DNA of 64,000 nt, taken from a virus. The position numbers and the translations under genes are program-made. Each line of letters starts with the position of its first letter. Position 1 is the first letter of the stretch. The stretch lies in the IMG/VR virus record IMGVR_UViG_3300009514_000515, positions 1-64,000 of that record, one strand, 5' to 3'. This document shows, one piece after another, positions 38,022 to 47,594 of this stretch. The notes beneath the pieces were generated by a model, which was given only the letters and a program-made list of their open reading frames with translations, searched no databases and was not told where the DNA came from.

Positions 38022-39223
38022 AACCTCCTGTGGACGGCATACTTGACCGTCGTCGTCTGAGCGCCTGAGAAGGACGCGGTGAACCCAGAGGCCGTAGGAC
38101 TGGTTGTCCCGAGGGCTTCGGTCAGTTCCGTCTCGTAGGTCACATGGTAATCATCGTCGGGGCCGTCCACCGCGAAGGAGACGGCCTCAGAAGACGATGC
38201 TGTAAAAGAAATCGTACCTCTCTGGAGGTCCTCGGCGATGGTACCGGCCCCTGCGATGGAGGTTCTCTTGCAACCCCGCATGACGAGAGGGGCAGAGTTG
38301 TTGACCACCACCGAATCGAGGTCGCTGTTCGCCGCCTCGAAAGTTCCGACCCCGTCTCCGTCAAGAGTGAGGCCACCACCAGACCCAGACCTCATAACGC
38401 TGTCGATGGACAAGCTGCCCACGCCCGTCAGGGTCGACATGATGTTGCCGAGCAGCGCCATGCTGGCCAGGTGGTAAGACGAACTCACCAGGGAAGGAAT
38501 GGGGTTGCCGGAGTCGTAGTCGAGCTGAAGGTGAACGGCCTGGTCGATGTCGCGAATCGAGCACCGGGCACATTGGGTGATGCGAGTCAGGGACGTCGAG
38601 TGACTTCCCGCCCAGGTGCCTCCTTGGATGCGGATGTTGTTGACAGTGGTCGCTCGGACCTGGAACGCCCCGGCGCCCGAGGCGACCAGGTCGCAGTCAA
38701 CGATGCCGACCTCGGCAGAGCCGATAACGGACGTAGCTCCACCGATGATGTCGATGCAGGGGTCGCCTGCGAAACTGTTGGCAATGCGCAGGTTCTGGAT
38801 ATGAAGCCAGTTCGGGTCTGTACCGACGGCCGACTGGACGATGATGGTCGCCCCTGCTGAGGGCGCCTCGATGGAGGCCCCTCCAGGACTCATGAGCCAG
38901 ATGCCGTCCTTCTCGATGGTCACCTGCTCGGCGTACACCCCCGCAAGAATGTAGACGATGCTGGGGTCTGTCAGGCTGCTCGTCGCCAGGACGGCATCGA
39001 CGGCGGCCTGGATGGTATTGTACTGAGCACCGCTGCCACTCTTGCCGACGACGAACACGTTGGCGATGGAACGCAGACCGGCCAAGTCGGCCACAGTGAG
39101 ACCGGCCACCGTTGGGTCGGTGATGCGGATGGCACCAGTCGCGGGGTCTCGCTCAATGAGACGCGTCCCGGTCTCTCCGGGAGCAATCTGGATGGCGTCG
39201 ACTTGGATGGGGTCCTGGGGCAT
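38018..39223 (-). CDS. Pectin-lyase-like beta-helix virion protein (spike/fibre)
   Basis: AQYNTIQAAVDA...YILAGVYAEQVTI helix-cap motif; C-terminal small beta domain DYHV...SGFT. Confidence 0.7.
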   Translation of the reverse strand: MPQDPIQVDAIQIAPGETGTRLIERDPATGAIRITDPTVAGLTVADLAGLRSIANVFVVGKSGSGAQYNTIQAAVDAVLATSSLTDPSIVYILAGVYAEQVTIEKDGIWLMSPGGASIEAPSAGATIIVQSAVGTDPNWLHIQNLRIANSFAGDPCIDIIGGATSVIGSAEVGIVDCDLVASGAGAFQVRATTVNNIRIQGGTWAGSHSTSLTRITQCARCSIRDIDQAVHLQLDYDSGNPIPSLVSSSYHLASMALLGNIMSTLTGVGSLSIDSVMRSGSGGGLTLDGDGVGTFEAANSDLDSVVVNNSAPLVMRGCKRTSIAGAGTIAEDLQRGTISFTASSSEAVSFAVDGPDDDYHVTYETELTEALGTTSPTASGFTASFSGAQTTTVKYAVHRRL

Positions 39224-39234
39224 CTCGAACTACC

Positions 39235-39663
39235 TCACACAAAGACGTCGAAGCCAACGGTTCCGGTGATGGGGGCGGAAAGCTCGATAGTGAACCCGGT
39301 GGTGGCCTTGTTGGTCACCCGCCAGTCCACGAACTCGGGCAGTTCGGGGTGAACCCGGTAATTCGTGTTCGAGAACGCAATGCCGAACACGAAAGAAGCA
39401 GTGACGGCGTTGGTAAAGGTGAGCTGGCCGCCCACCGCGCTGGTCTGTGCCACGAGGTCCTCCACTTGTCCGATGGCCGTTTGGATGTCGTTGATGACCT
39501 CCTCGGGGAGTCCCGTGACGGAGTCCGTAACGCGTCCCGTGGGAGTGACGATATTGCGGACGGTGACGTTGCTCAGGGTGTCCTGAGCGACCTCGAAAGT
39601 GTAGAACACCCCGCCGCCGCCGGACCGAAACGTCAGTGCTGTCTCTTGACGGACTAGTACCAT
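39235..39663 (-). CDS. Small virion protein whose C-terminal domain resembles that of 38018-39223
   Basis: FSNTNYRV...VTNKATTGFTIE resembles PDDDYHV...TSPTASGFTAS. Confidence 0.6.
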   Translation of the reverse strand: MVLVRQETALTFRSGGGGVFYTFEVAQDTLSNVTVRNIVTPTGRVTDSVTGLPEEVINDIQTAIGQVEDLVAQTSAVGGQLTFTNAVTASFVFGIAFSNTNYRVHPELPEFVDWRVTNKATTGFTIELSAPITGTVGFDVFV

Positions 39664-39673
39664 CCCGACGTCC

Positions 39674-39991
39674 TCACCAGATTCCAGAGGTCTCCATATC
39701 CCGGCCCTCAGCCCAGTCCCTCAACGTGACCAAAGCCTCATAATCCGAAGACCAGACCGACACAGAGTCAAATCCGGACTCCACTCCTAGATCAGGAATC
39801 GTCTTGACGTTGGCAATCTTCGTCTTGCCGTCCCTCATCGCCCGAAGCAGACCAGACATGTTGCGCGTGTAAGTCCCACTGGCGTAGATGGTCAGACGAT
39901 ACTCAGGCTTGGCTCGGCGTTCGAGCCAGCGTCGAGCGACCTTCTTCGCCATGACAACACGTGTCGCGGATGTCGCGGATTGCTTTGACAT
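39674..39991 (-). CDS. Hypothetical protein (first gene of the virion module)
   Basis: 105-aa ORF with KVARRW motif. Confidence 0.6.
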   Translation of the reverse strand: MSKQSATSATRVVMAKKVARRWLERRAKPEYRLTIYASGTYTRNMSGLLRAMRDGKTKIANVKTIPDLGVESGFDSVSVWSSDYEALVTLRDWAEGRDMETSGIW

Positions 39992-40068
39992 GGGTCCCTA
40001 CCAGGATGATGCCTCGGACTCCGAGACTCCTATGGAGAGAGACTCGATAGGGACTTTAGTGGAGCCCC

Positions 40069-40671
40069 TCAAGCAACCCTGTAGGTCACAGTCGCATCCT
40101 TGGACGAGCGACGGACCTCTCGGAGGATGTTGAGGTTGTTCTGGATGGCCTCGAAGAGTTGGACGTAACGGTCCATGTCCTCGGCCTCCTTCATACGACG
40201 CAGAGAACGGATGAACCGATGACGTACCAGTCCCTGGCTCTCCCCCAGACGCTTGGCCACCGCACTCTGACACGTCGTCTCAAACATCAGGACCATGATG
40301 CGGACATCCTTGGGATCATCCAGGAACTCGCCCAGGACCTCCTCCAGCTCCGCCTCGGTGACGTCCGGTAGGTGGAGAAGGAACATGATACGGGCCGTCG
40401 CCCTCTGAAGGCGATAGCAGACCGTGGGCTGACTGACCCCATATAGCTCTGCGATGGCCGTCTGCTTCATGTGCCGGAAGTAGTAGAGCTTGACGAAGTC
40501 TGACTCCCTCGCTGGCAGGTTATCGAGGATGGCCTTGATGCGCTCCATCTTCTCCTGACTCTCCTCGGACGGTGCCGAGAAGACGGAGTCCATGTGAGCC
40601 ATCGAATCCTGGACGCTGAATCGAGAAGATAGCTCGACCGGGTCGATTACCTGGTGTCCTGGCCACATCAT
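40069..40671 (-). CDS. Protein with two tandem sigma-70 region-4-like HTH domains
   Basis: LDNLPARESDFVKLYYF...QTAIAELYGVSQPTVCYRLQRA and DPKDVRIMVLMF...QSAVAKRLGESQGLVRHRFIRS. Confidence 0.8.
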   Translation of the reverse strand: MMWPGHQVIDPVELSSRFSVQDSMAHMDSVFSAPSEESQEKMERIKAILDNLPARESDFVKLYYFRHMKQTAIAELYGVSQPTVCYRLQRATARIMFLLHLPDVTEAELEEVLGEFLDDPKDVRIMVLMFETTCQSAVAKRLGESQGLVRHRFIRSLRRMKEAEDMDRYVQLFEAIQNNLNILREVRRSSKDATVTYRVA

Positions 40672-40712
40672 GTCCGCACTCCCTGTCGTCGCTGTTTGCA
40701 CAGCACCAAGAC

Positions 40713-41762
40713 CTAGACGAGGACTGCCTCTCCCTCTTCGTCCTCTACTGCGAGGAACATCCGAGGAAAACACAGAGTGGCCCGAAGAGACTGAAGCCCC
40801 TCCGTTTCAACGATGACGAGGTCGTCCTCCAGGAAGCACAATACCTTGACCGTCAGGCCCTTGAGACGACCCTCAACAACTCGGGCCCGGTCTCCAATGC
40901 CGAGATCGCGAACACACAGACCACGCAGACTGACCCGCATGGACTCAATCTCTGCGTCAGAAACACAGTGGAGGACTCGGATGCCGTTGGTCCCCACCGA
41001 GGACATGACCTGGTTGACATAGTTGGTCCTGGTCTCCAGGCTGAAATACTTGACCTCGGACAGGCCAGAGGCTACGAACACGTACCCCTGAATCAAGGTC
41101 TTGGTCACGACACGGTCAGGGCGGTGGTAGGTCACCGCGGGCACGAAAATCAGGTGGCCCTCGTCGATGTCCAGGTCACGGCGAAGGGTGCTCTCCAGGG
41201 TCCCTTCCTCAACCCGGACCTCCCCCGCATGTCCCAGCTCGATGACGACCCAGGTTTGTCGGTCCCTAGGATCACCCTTAGCTGTCTGGGATAGTTGCTC
41301 GGCGGTGTCTTCGAGAAGCCTCCCCGGAGTCGCCTTCTCGGGGACGGACTCGGCGAACTCCTCTGGCTGTCCATAAAGGTACTGAGACCTCTCGACCCCG
41401 TCCTCCGTCAGACCCCAAAGACCTCGGCCCAGACTCAAACAGAAAGAGGAGCGGCGACCAGAATACCTGACCGCCCTACCACTCTTGTGAGAGACTCTAT
41501 CTGGTCGTTGGTTGCGGTGAGCCCACCCAATGACCCGGTAGAGGCCCAGAGGCTTAGATCCCCTCAAAGGCCACGGGCTATTCCGTGGGTCGATACCCAC
41601 CTCCCCCAGAACCTCGTCAAGCACCGTCTGGTATGGAACCCCGACGTAAGCTGAGAACCCTGTCAGGCGACCGAGGACCTTGACCAGGGGATCAAAGAAC
41701 TCCTGCGCCGTCGGACGTGGCCTCGACTGCTCCTGGGGAGCCTTGTCCTGAATCTCTGTCAA
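40713..41762 (-). CDS. NusG/RfaH paralogue with N-terminal Mrr_N-like winged helix (start uncertain)
   Basis: NGN segments WVVIEL, IFVPAV, LIQGYVFV, VSDAEI; KOW IGDRARVVEGRLKG; N-terminal PTAQEFFDPLVKVL...IGWA...GRGLWGLTEDG. Confidence 0.75.
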   Translation of the reverse strand: MTEIQDKAPQEQSRPRPTAQEFFDPLVKVLGRLTGFSAYVGVPYQTVLDEVLGEVGIDPRNSPWPLRGSKPLGLYRVIGWAHRNQRPDRVSHKSGRAVRYSGRRSSFCLSLGRGLWGLTEDGVERSQYLYGQPEEFAESVPEKATPGRLLEDTAEQLSQTAKGDPRDRQTWVVIELGHAGEVRVEEGTLESTLRRDLDIDEGHLIFVPAVTYHRPDRVVTKTLIQGYVFVASGLSEVKYFSLETRTNYVNQVMSSVGTNGIRVLHCVSDAEIESMRVSLRGLCVRDLGIGDRARVVEGRLKGLTVKVLCFLEDDLVIVETEGLQSLRATLCFPRMFLAVEDEEGEAVLV

Positions 41763-43257
41763 TCCCACCCTGCCCCACCGAACGCTGCATACCAAGCTCT
41801 AGAAGACGGCTGCGGAGCAGGGAACAGAACTCCCCTAATCCCATCTGGTCAGTCTCACCGGAGCCCGTCTGCTGAACCTGAGGTGCTGGGGACGGGACCG
41901 GCTTGGAGACACTCGACTCTGCCTTGCCAACCGGACTCGCCCCGAAGCTATTTCGGTTCACCGCACGGGGATCAACGTAGACTCCACCCTCGATGTACGT
42001 CTCGTCAGCCATACTGATGAGACGTGCAGAACCCTCTGACACCGTCACCGAATCTTCTCCGGAAACTTTCTCCGCAGAAGTTACATCCGGCTCCGAGTTT
42101 TCCAGAGAAGGGTGGGGTAGGTCAAGTCTTCTGTCAATAAGCACTGGAGAGGAATTCCTCGTTTCCAAAAGCGAGAAACAACCCCCCAAAAATTGGCGGT
42201 GTAGTAGGAACAGGTCACACTCCAACATCTCCCGAGTGGGTCGTCGGGGGCGGGAGGCGAGGGACTCACTTACAAGAAGGAGTCCGTCCCGATGTCTCTG
42301 TCCGATGCCGGTTAGTCTCTCGGAGTCCCAGTAGGTGGGGGCTTTCTCAACTGAGAGCGCCACCTTGAAGGCCAGGAGAGCCGCCTCGGACAGGCGCTTG
42401 TACAAAGTTGCTGGTGAAACTTTCTCCAGCAGAGTTTGGGTGGCCTGGAGGGACTTGGGGATGTCCGTCCCCAGGCCTTCGAGGATCTCAAGAACCAGTT
42501 CATTGAGGTCGTCCCCGAGGAGCTGACGGACGGACTCCAGGGTGATAGGACCTGGGAGTCGGGCGAGGCTCTCCAGGGATTTGATAGCGGCTCGAATGCC
42601 GCCCTCGGCCCCTTCAGCGATACGTAACAAGGCCTCGTCCTCGGCCTCGAATCCCTCCTGGTCACAGATGAAGCGCAGGCGCTCTGCAATCTTCTTCGGG
42701 GAGACGACACGGATGACGAACGTTGGCCCACAGCGGTTGGCCACCGTGTTCCGCATCTTCTCCGGCTCGGTGGTGCAGAAGATGCACGTCAGACGGCGAC
42801 TCCCCGTCTCCTGGTCCGTGTCCTCCATGGGCTTCAGCAGAGCATCCATCGCGTCCTTGGAGAGCTGGTGTGCCTCGTCGAACAGGTAGAACCGCCGACG
42901 TCCTGAGAACGTGGCATACTCGATGTTGCTCAGGATGGAGCGAATGTTCTCCTTACCACTATTGGTGGCGGCATCGATTTCCGTGAAGGCATCCGAGACA
43001 CCTCCCCGGAGAACCTCGACGCAAGAGCTGCACTGGTCGCAGGCCTCACCCCTGGCGGGAGACTCACAGAGAAGGGCCCTCGCCAGAATGCGACCAAGGG
43101 TCGTCTTGCCGGAACCGGACAGACCGGCGAAGAGATACGACTGGTGGCGGCCTTCCCCGCTCGCCACTATCTGGCGGAGCATCGTCTTGGTGTGCCCTTG
43201 ACCAAGAACCTCGTCGTACCTCTTCGGCCGGTACTTGATGTCCAGCGGCTCCCCCAT
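41692..43257 (-). CDS. dnaX: DNA polymerase III gamma/tau clamp-loader subunit
   Basis: KYRP...VLGQ, GSGKTT, Zn module CDQCSSC, EIDAA, DEAH, CTTE. Confidence 0.95.
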   Translation of the reverse strand: MGEPLDIKYRPKRYDEVLGQGHTKTMLRQIVASGEGRHQSYLFAGLSGSGKTTLGRILARALLCESPARGEACDQCSSCVEVLRGGVSDAFTEIDAATNSGKENIRSILSNIEYATFSGRRRFYLFDEAHQLSKDAMDALLKPMEDTDQETGSRRLTCIFCTTEPEKMRNTVANRCGPTFVIRVVSPKKIAERLRFICDQEGFEAEDEALLRIAEGAEGGIRAAIKSLESLARLPGPITLESVRQLLGDDLNELVLEILEGLGTDIPKSLQATQTLLEKVSPATLYKRLSEAALLAFKVALSVEKAPTYWDSERLTGIGQRHRDGLLLVSESLASRPRRPTREMLECDLFLLHRQFLGGCFSLLETRNSSPVLIDRRLDLPHPSLENSEPDVTSAEKVSGEDSVTVSEGSARLISMADETYIEGGVYVDPRAVNRNSFGASPVGKAESSVSKPVPSPAPQVQQTGSGETDQMGLGEFCSLLRSRLLELGMQRSVGQGGIDRDSGQGSPGAVEATSDGAGVL

Positions 43258-43766
43258 TACTCCTCACTCCCCTCGTCTTCAGAGGCGGACTCTTCCTCCT
43301 CGGCGAACAACTCCTCGATGGCCGAGGCACTTTCTTCGGCGGTGTCGTCCTCCGTATCGTACTTCATCCAGAAGCCGAAGAGCTTGATGTTCTCGTAGAA
43401 CACCGAGGCGTCAGGAGGCCGCACGAAGTACCTCTCCGTCCCGTCCTCCTTCTCTTCAACCCCGCAGCAGCACAGGAGATGGTGCAGGGCGGCCATCTTG
43501 GTCTCGTCGGAGAACGTCAGCCACTCGTCGTTCCCGATCTCCAGGAGGAACACCAGCTCCCCTCGCTCCTTGGTCAGGGCCTGGATGACCGCCGACGCCT
43601 TCTTCGACTTCCCGAAGATGACCTGACCCCCGGACTTCGTCGCCTTCTCCTTGAAGAGAATGGCGATCTTGTCATCGACAGTTGCCAAGTGAGGCAGGTG
43701 TTCCTTGATGATGTACTCCATCAACTCCCGGGTGGCTCCGGTTGCTTCCCAAATTTTCGACGACAT
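43257..43766 (-). CDS. Phage metallopeptidase-like protein with degenerate metal motif
   Basis: GGAGG RBS; HLPHLA...I..LF...FGK...W...AALHHLLCC...PPD pattern. Confidence 0.55.
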   Translation of the reverse strand: MSSKIWEATGATRELMEYIIKEHLPHLATVDDKIAILFKEKATKSGGQVIFGKSKKASAVIQALTKERGELVFLLEIGNDEWLTFSDETKMAALHHLLCCCGVEEKEDGTERYFVRPPDASVFYENIKLFGFWMKYDTEDDTAEESASAIEELFAEEEESASEDEGSEE

Positions 43767-44445
43767 TGCGCCCTCCAATAGCGTGAGCAAATGCTTCGAG
43801 GAGGACCTCTCGTCCTCCTCGCTCCCAAATTTCGCCGGGGTCCTTGCCTCCGATATAGGCAACCTCCCGACACCCGATAGGTACGTCAAGTAGGTCCTTG
43901 ATGGCCCTACTTGACCCGGAACGGCCAGCCTCGTCGTTATCGTAGACGACGTAGACGAATCTGGAAAACCGGCGAAGGAACTGGAGGTGACTGAATCCGA
44001 GACGGGCTCTTCCAGTGGCCAGGACGACCTCGGAGTGGGGAACCACCCACTCCATCGCGAAGAGATCGAAAAGACCCTCGACCAACCAGACAACTCCGTG
44101 GACCCAAATCTGTTCGACCCCCTTCGCCGCCCCCAGAAACACGGGGTTCCACCGAGATTCCGGAAGGCGGAACTCGGTCTTCCAGTCACCCCGACGACCG
44201 ATGAGCCCCAGAACGCGACCCTGGGGACACAGAAGCGGCGCTACGAGACACCCGTCCAATTTCTGGCCCCGAGACCCGTATCTCTTCCGGAACTCCTTAG
44301 AGGGCGCGTCGCTTGGTGCTGTATCCCATGTCGTGAGCTGCATCCTCTGAAAAGAGTCGAACCTGGCTCCCCGGGCCAAAAGCATCTCCTCATGGTCGGG
44401 AGACAGCTCGCACGAGCCCAGAACACCACTCAACCATTCCCTCAT
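43672..44445 (-). CDS. DNA primase TOPRIM domain protein (no Zn finger)
   Basis: LVEGLFD, YDNDEAG, KDPGE. Confidence 0.85.
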   Translation of the reverse strand: MREWLSGVLGSCELSPDHEEMLLARGARFDSFQRMQLTTWDTAPSDAPSKEFRKRYGSRGQKLDGCLVAPLLCPQGRVLGLIGRRGDWKTEFRLPESRWNPVFLGAAKGVEQIWVHGVVWLVEGLFDLFAMEWVVPHSEVVLATGRARLGFSHLQFLRRFSRFVYVVYDNDEAGRSGSSRAIKDLLDVPIGCREVAYIGGKDPGEIWERGGREVLLEAFAHAIGGRNVVENLGSNRSHPGVDGVHHQGTPASLGNCR

Positions 44446-45050
44446 GTCTCCTTGCCCTTCCTGCTCTTCTTCTTGAGTGAGCGGGGCGGTGTCTTGCGTG
44501 CCACCGAGATTCCTCGGACAGCGTTCTGGACAACGGCGAACATCCCCGAACTCCCGGCCAGGGTCACCATGCCCACGAAGGATCTCTCCTTGGGCAGAGC
44601 AACGGCCGTGTACTCCGGAACCCACTCGGCGCCAACGACGGGGTAGTCACCGATGGTACCCCGCTTGAGATACCTCTTCCCCGAAAGGGGAGACACCAGA
44701 AGCTCGATGTCGCGAAGGCCAAAACTGGAGACGTAGTCTCCCGCCGCCTCCATCCCCTTGAGGGTGAACGGATGGGTGTTCCCGTACTCCAGCTCATGAC
44801 CACGCTCAACGATGGCATCGATAACCAGGCAGAAAAAGGCCGCCAGGTCCTGGCCTGGCCTGACCCCTGCCCGTACGGTCCCGTTCCCCAGGGGGCGTTC
44901 GTACCAATAGAGGGGGGTTTTTAGCGACACGTTGGTCGTCAGGATGGCATCGAGACGAGGGTCTACAGGAACGACGACCGCGAGTGCTTGGGCACCCTCG
45001 CGGACGAACTTGGGGTCTCGGTACACAGACAGGAGCGGGTTGTCCATCAT
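44442..45050 (-). CDS. Hypothetical protein
   Basis: GGAGG RBS, coupled 202-aa ORF. Confidence 0.65.
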   Translation of the reverse strand: MMDNPLLSVYRDPKFVREGAQALAVVVPVDPRLDAILTTNVSLKTPLYWYERPLGNGTVRAGVRPGQDLAAFFCLVIDAIVERGHELEYGNTHPFTLKGMEAAGDYVSSFGLRDIELLVSPLSGKRYLKRGTIGDYPVVGAEWVPEYTAVALPKERSFVGMVTLAGSSGMFAVVQNAVRGISVARKTPPRSLKKKSRKGKET

Positions 45051-45781
45051 TCCTCCGTCGCCTCTCGGCGCCAGAACATGAACCAGACCAGCACGCGACG
45101 CCACCAAGGTAGGGCGTAGTGAGCCAAGGAGTAGTTCGTCTCCACGATGATCCCACTCTCTTGGGGGTCCCCTACCTCTCCACCGCTAGAAGTAGAAGCC
45201 GATACAGAATCGGACTGGCCACCTTCAACACCCAGATCAGAAACTGGAACAACATCGTCTACCTCGTCTTCGGGGACTTCTGACCCCTCGTCTTCGTCAT
45301 CGTCCTCCCCGTCACCTTCGACCTCTCCGGGTTCCTTCGGGGAGGCCTCCTCGTCAACAGAGGCCACAGCCTCCGAGGCGACGGGACCATCGTACAAGAC
45401 CCAAAGCAGAGAGCCGACGTCGGGGTACTCGGCCACCAAAGGACCCATCTCCCCGTCCCTGGCTCTATTTAGGAGGTCCTGCATATGGAGGACGAACTGG
45501 CCTTTTGCCTCATCCTTGGTCAATCGGGACTCCAAATGAGGACACCCCTTCGCTGTCGAGAGACACTCCGGCATATCATCGTCGCAGACAACGACGGACC
45601 ACTTCACTCCCTCCGGCGGAGTGAACCGACACACCCCGACCTCCTTTCCGGAGACCGAGGCGACCCTGTCGTTGTGCTTGCATCGGCAAGGAACACGACG
45701 GAAGTTATCCTTGAGGACCTTACTCTGGTGTCTCCAGATGACCTGCTGAAGCTTGCGTCGGACCTTGCCTTCGCTCTTCAT
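45047..45781 (-). CDS. Hypothetical protein with Cys cluster, acidic linker and C-terminal amphipathic segment
   Basis: CRCKHN...C...C...C...C; LPWWRRVLVWFMFW. Confidence 0.65.
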   Translation of the reverse strand: MKSEGKVRRKLQQVIWRHQSKVLKDNFRRVPCRCKHNDRVASVSGKEVGVCRFTPPEGVKWSVVVCDDDMPECLSTAKGCPHLESRLTKDEAKGQFVLHMQDLLNRARDGEMGPLVAEYPDVGSLLWVLYDGPVASEAVASVDEEASPKEPGEVEGDGEDDDEDEGSEVPEDEVDDVVPVSDLGVEGGQSDSVSASTSSGGEVGDPQESGIIVETNYSLAHYALPWWRRVLVWFMFWRREATEE

Positions 45782-46443
45782 CTCTGAACCTCGTTCTCCA
45801 GGGTGAACTTCGCCGTGTCCTTCCTGGCTTGACGAACCCGGTACGACCTGTGAGACGCGTCCACGAACGTCTGGTTGTGTGTGATAATGAGGATATCCAA
45901 ACCCAAACGATCACACAAAGCCACCAGGAACCGGCCCATGTTTGTAGCGTAGCGAGGGTCGAACGCCGGCAAGGCCTCGTCGAGGAGAAGGAACCTCCTC
46001 ATATCACGCTTCGCCAGGATAAGCACTCGCAAGAGTACCGACTCGACCGTGGTCACAGAGCCGCCGAACGCCTCGCGACTGATTCCCTTCTGGACAGCAC
46101 CGTCCGAGAGGGTCTTAGTCGTCACCAAATCAACTGCGACCTTGCCGCGCTCGACGGCGACCCGCGTCTCAACAGACAACTCCTGGTCGTCAAACACCGC
46201 CTTGAGGGCCTCGGATTGGAGCCCCTCAAGGGTGGTCACGGCATCCTTGATTTCGGCGTCGATGAGACTCCGGAACAGGGCACTGACGTGCTCCAGGACG
46301 GACTCCTCGTCACGAAGCTCCTCGACCTCTTTGTCCACTCGGCGAAGACTGGCCCGGAGCGCAGAGCGGCGTCCCTGGGCCCTACTGAAGTGGGTCTTGA
46401 GGGAGTCCAGGTCCGGGAGTTCTGGTAGAAGGGACATCATCAT
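45778..46443 (-). CDS. SbcC/Rad50 ABC-ATPase, C-terminal half
   Basis: Signature-like AFGGS, Walker B LLLDE, H-loop IIITH. Confidence 0.85.
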   Translation of the reverse strand: MMMSLLPELPDLDSLKTHFSRAQGRRSALRASLRRVDKEVEELRDEESVLEHVSALFRSLIDAEIKDAVTTLEGLQSEALKAVFDDQELSVETRVAVERGKVAVDLVTTKTLSDGAVQKGISREAFGGSVTTVESVLLRVLILAKRDMRRFLLLDEALPAFDPRYATNMGRFLVALCDRLGLDILIITHNQTFVDASHRSYRVRQARKDTAKFTLENEVQR

Positions 46444-47594
46444 CCCGCCTTGGCCGATACCCAGGACAGGACGGTGAGCCGTTTGCTATCCCCGATCTCC
46501 TCGCAGAAGGAGACCCACCCTCCCTTGTTCTGGGAGGAGACACCCATGACCACCCTGTCGCCAGAATACTGGCTCACGATCTTGGTGAGATACTCGTAGT
46601 TGAGGGTGAACCCCTTGTCTGGGAGGGTGCCTTCGGCGGTGTTCTCTTCCAGCTCCAGAAGAGGGACTGAAAGGGACACCGTATCCCCGGTGGCCGACAC
46701 CAGGCTCATCTCGATGAAGGACCCTTCGACGCGATAGGTCGACCTCCTCCAGTTGTCCTCGTAGTTGGCACTGCTCGACAGAATGTCCAGGGCGGTTAGC
46801 ATCTCGGACTTGTCGAACGTCCACTTCTGGTGAGCGTTCGAGAAGGCTGACGCCACTCGACCCATCTTGGGGAAGTCCTTGCCCTGACGCTCACTGCCGA
46901 ATAGACGGCCGTCGGGGGACCGGAGGAAAAAACCCCGACTGTGCTCGTAAATTTCGACTTCGCACCCGACCACGTCGAGAAATTTACAGGACTTACCGAT
47001 CTCACGTCCGGGGACTCGGAGGCTGGACTCCTCCATGCCGGGAACGGTGACGCGGACGCAGGACGCCCCGTCGGTTGCGAGAAGCGCTCCGCCCCGGAAC
47101 TGGCAGTTGCAGAGGTGGGGCTCCATCGTCTCGTTCTTCGAGACGAAGTGCTTGGCGTACCCAAGGGCGGCGGCCAGGTCGGATGACTGAATCTTGGCCG
47201 TCGTCTTGGCCTCCTCCAGGGTCTTGTCCCAGAAGGGGAAGGAGGTCGGGTCCTTCGATCGGAACTTGACCGACCCGCGAGGGCTCGTGGCCTTGACTAC
47301 ACCCCGGTGGTGTTCGAACACTAGGGCCGAGTCATCGACGGCCCCCACCCATCGACGCAGGCGCTTCGACTCAATGGTGAACTGGTTATGCCGATTGTCG
47401 TCATCCAGGCCTTCGACACGACAAATCATCGGAGATCCCGAGAAGAAGCTCTCGTTGTAGCTCAGGACCTCGATCTCTCCGTCGACGTGACGAAAGATGA
47501 AGTCGGCGTTGATGTTGTCGCCGCTGGCCGCGACGGTGTTGCTTGTAATTGCGAGAGCTGACTCCAAGTCGCTCTTTGCCACTGTGACCTTCAT
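46440..47594 (-). CDS. dnaN: DNA polymerase III beta sliding clamp
   Basis: 384 aa, three-domain pattern; MKVTVAKSDL, LLATDG, DFP, LNYEYL. Confidence 0.85.
   Translation of the reverse strand: MKVTVAKSDLESALAITSNTVAASGDNINADFIFRHVDGEIEVLSYNESFFSGSPMICRVEGLDDDNRHNQFTIESKRLRRWVGAVDDSALVFEHHRGVVKATSPRGSVKFRSKDPTSFPFWDKTLEEAKTTAKIQSSDLAAALGYAKHFVSKNETMEPHLCNCQFRGGALLATDGASCVRVTVPGMEESSLRVPGREIGKSCKFLDVVGCEVEIYEHSRGFFLRSPDGRLFGSERQGKDFPKMGRVASAFSNAHQKWTFDKSEMLTALDILSSSANYEDNWRRSTYRVEGSFIEMSLVSATGDTVSLSVPLLELEENTAEGTLPDKGFTLNYEYLTKIVSQYSGDRVVMGVSSQNKGGWVSFCEEIGDSKRLTVLSWVSAKAG

Noticed and set aside
42095-42200. AT-richer stretch in dnaX with TTGACA/TTGACC and a T5G6 run (internal promoter or gamma/tau frameshift)
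   Set aside because: No convincing -10 at correct spacing, and not the canonical A AAA AAG slippery site with stimulators
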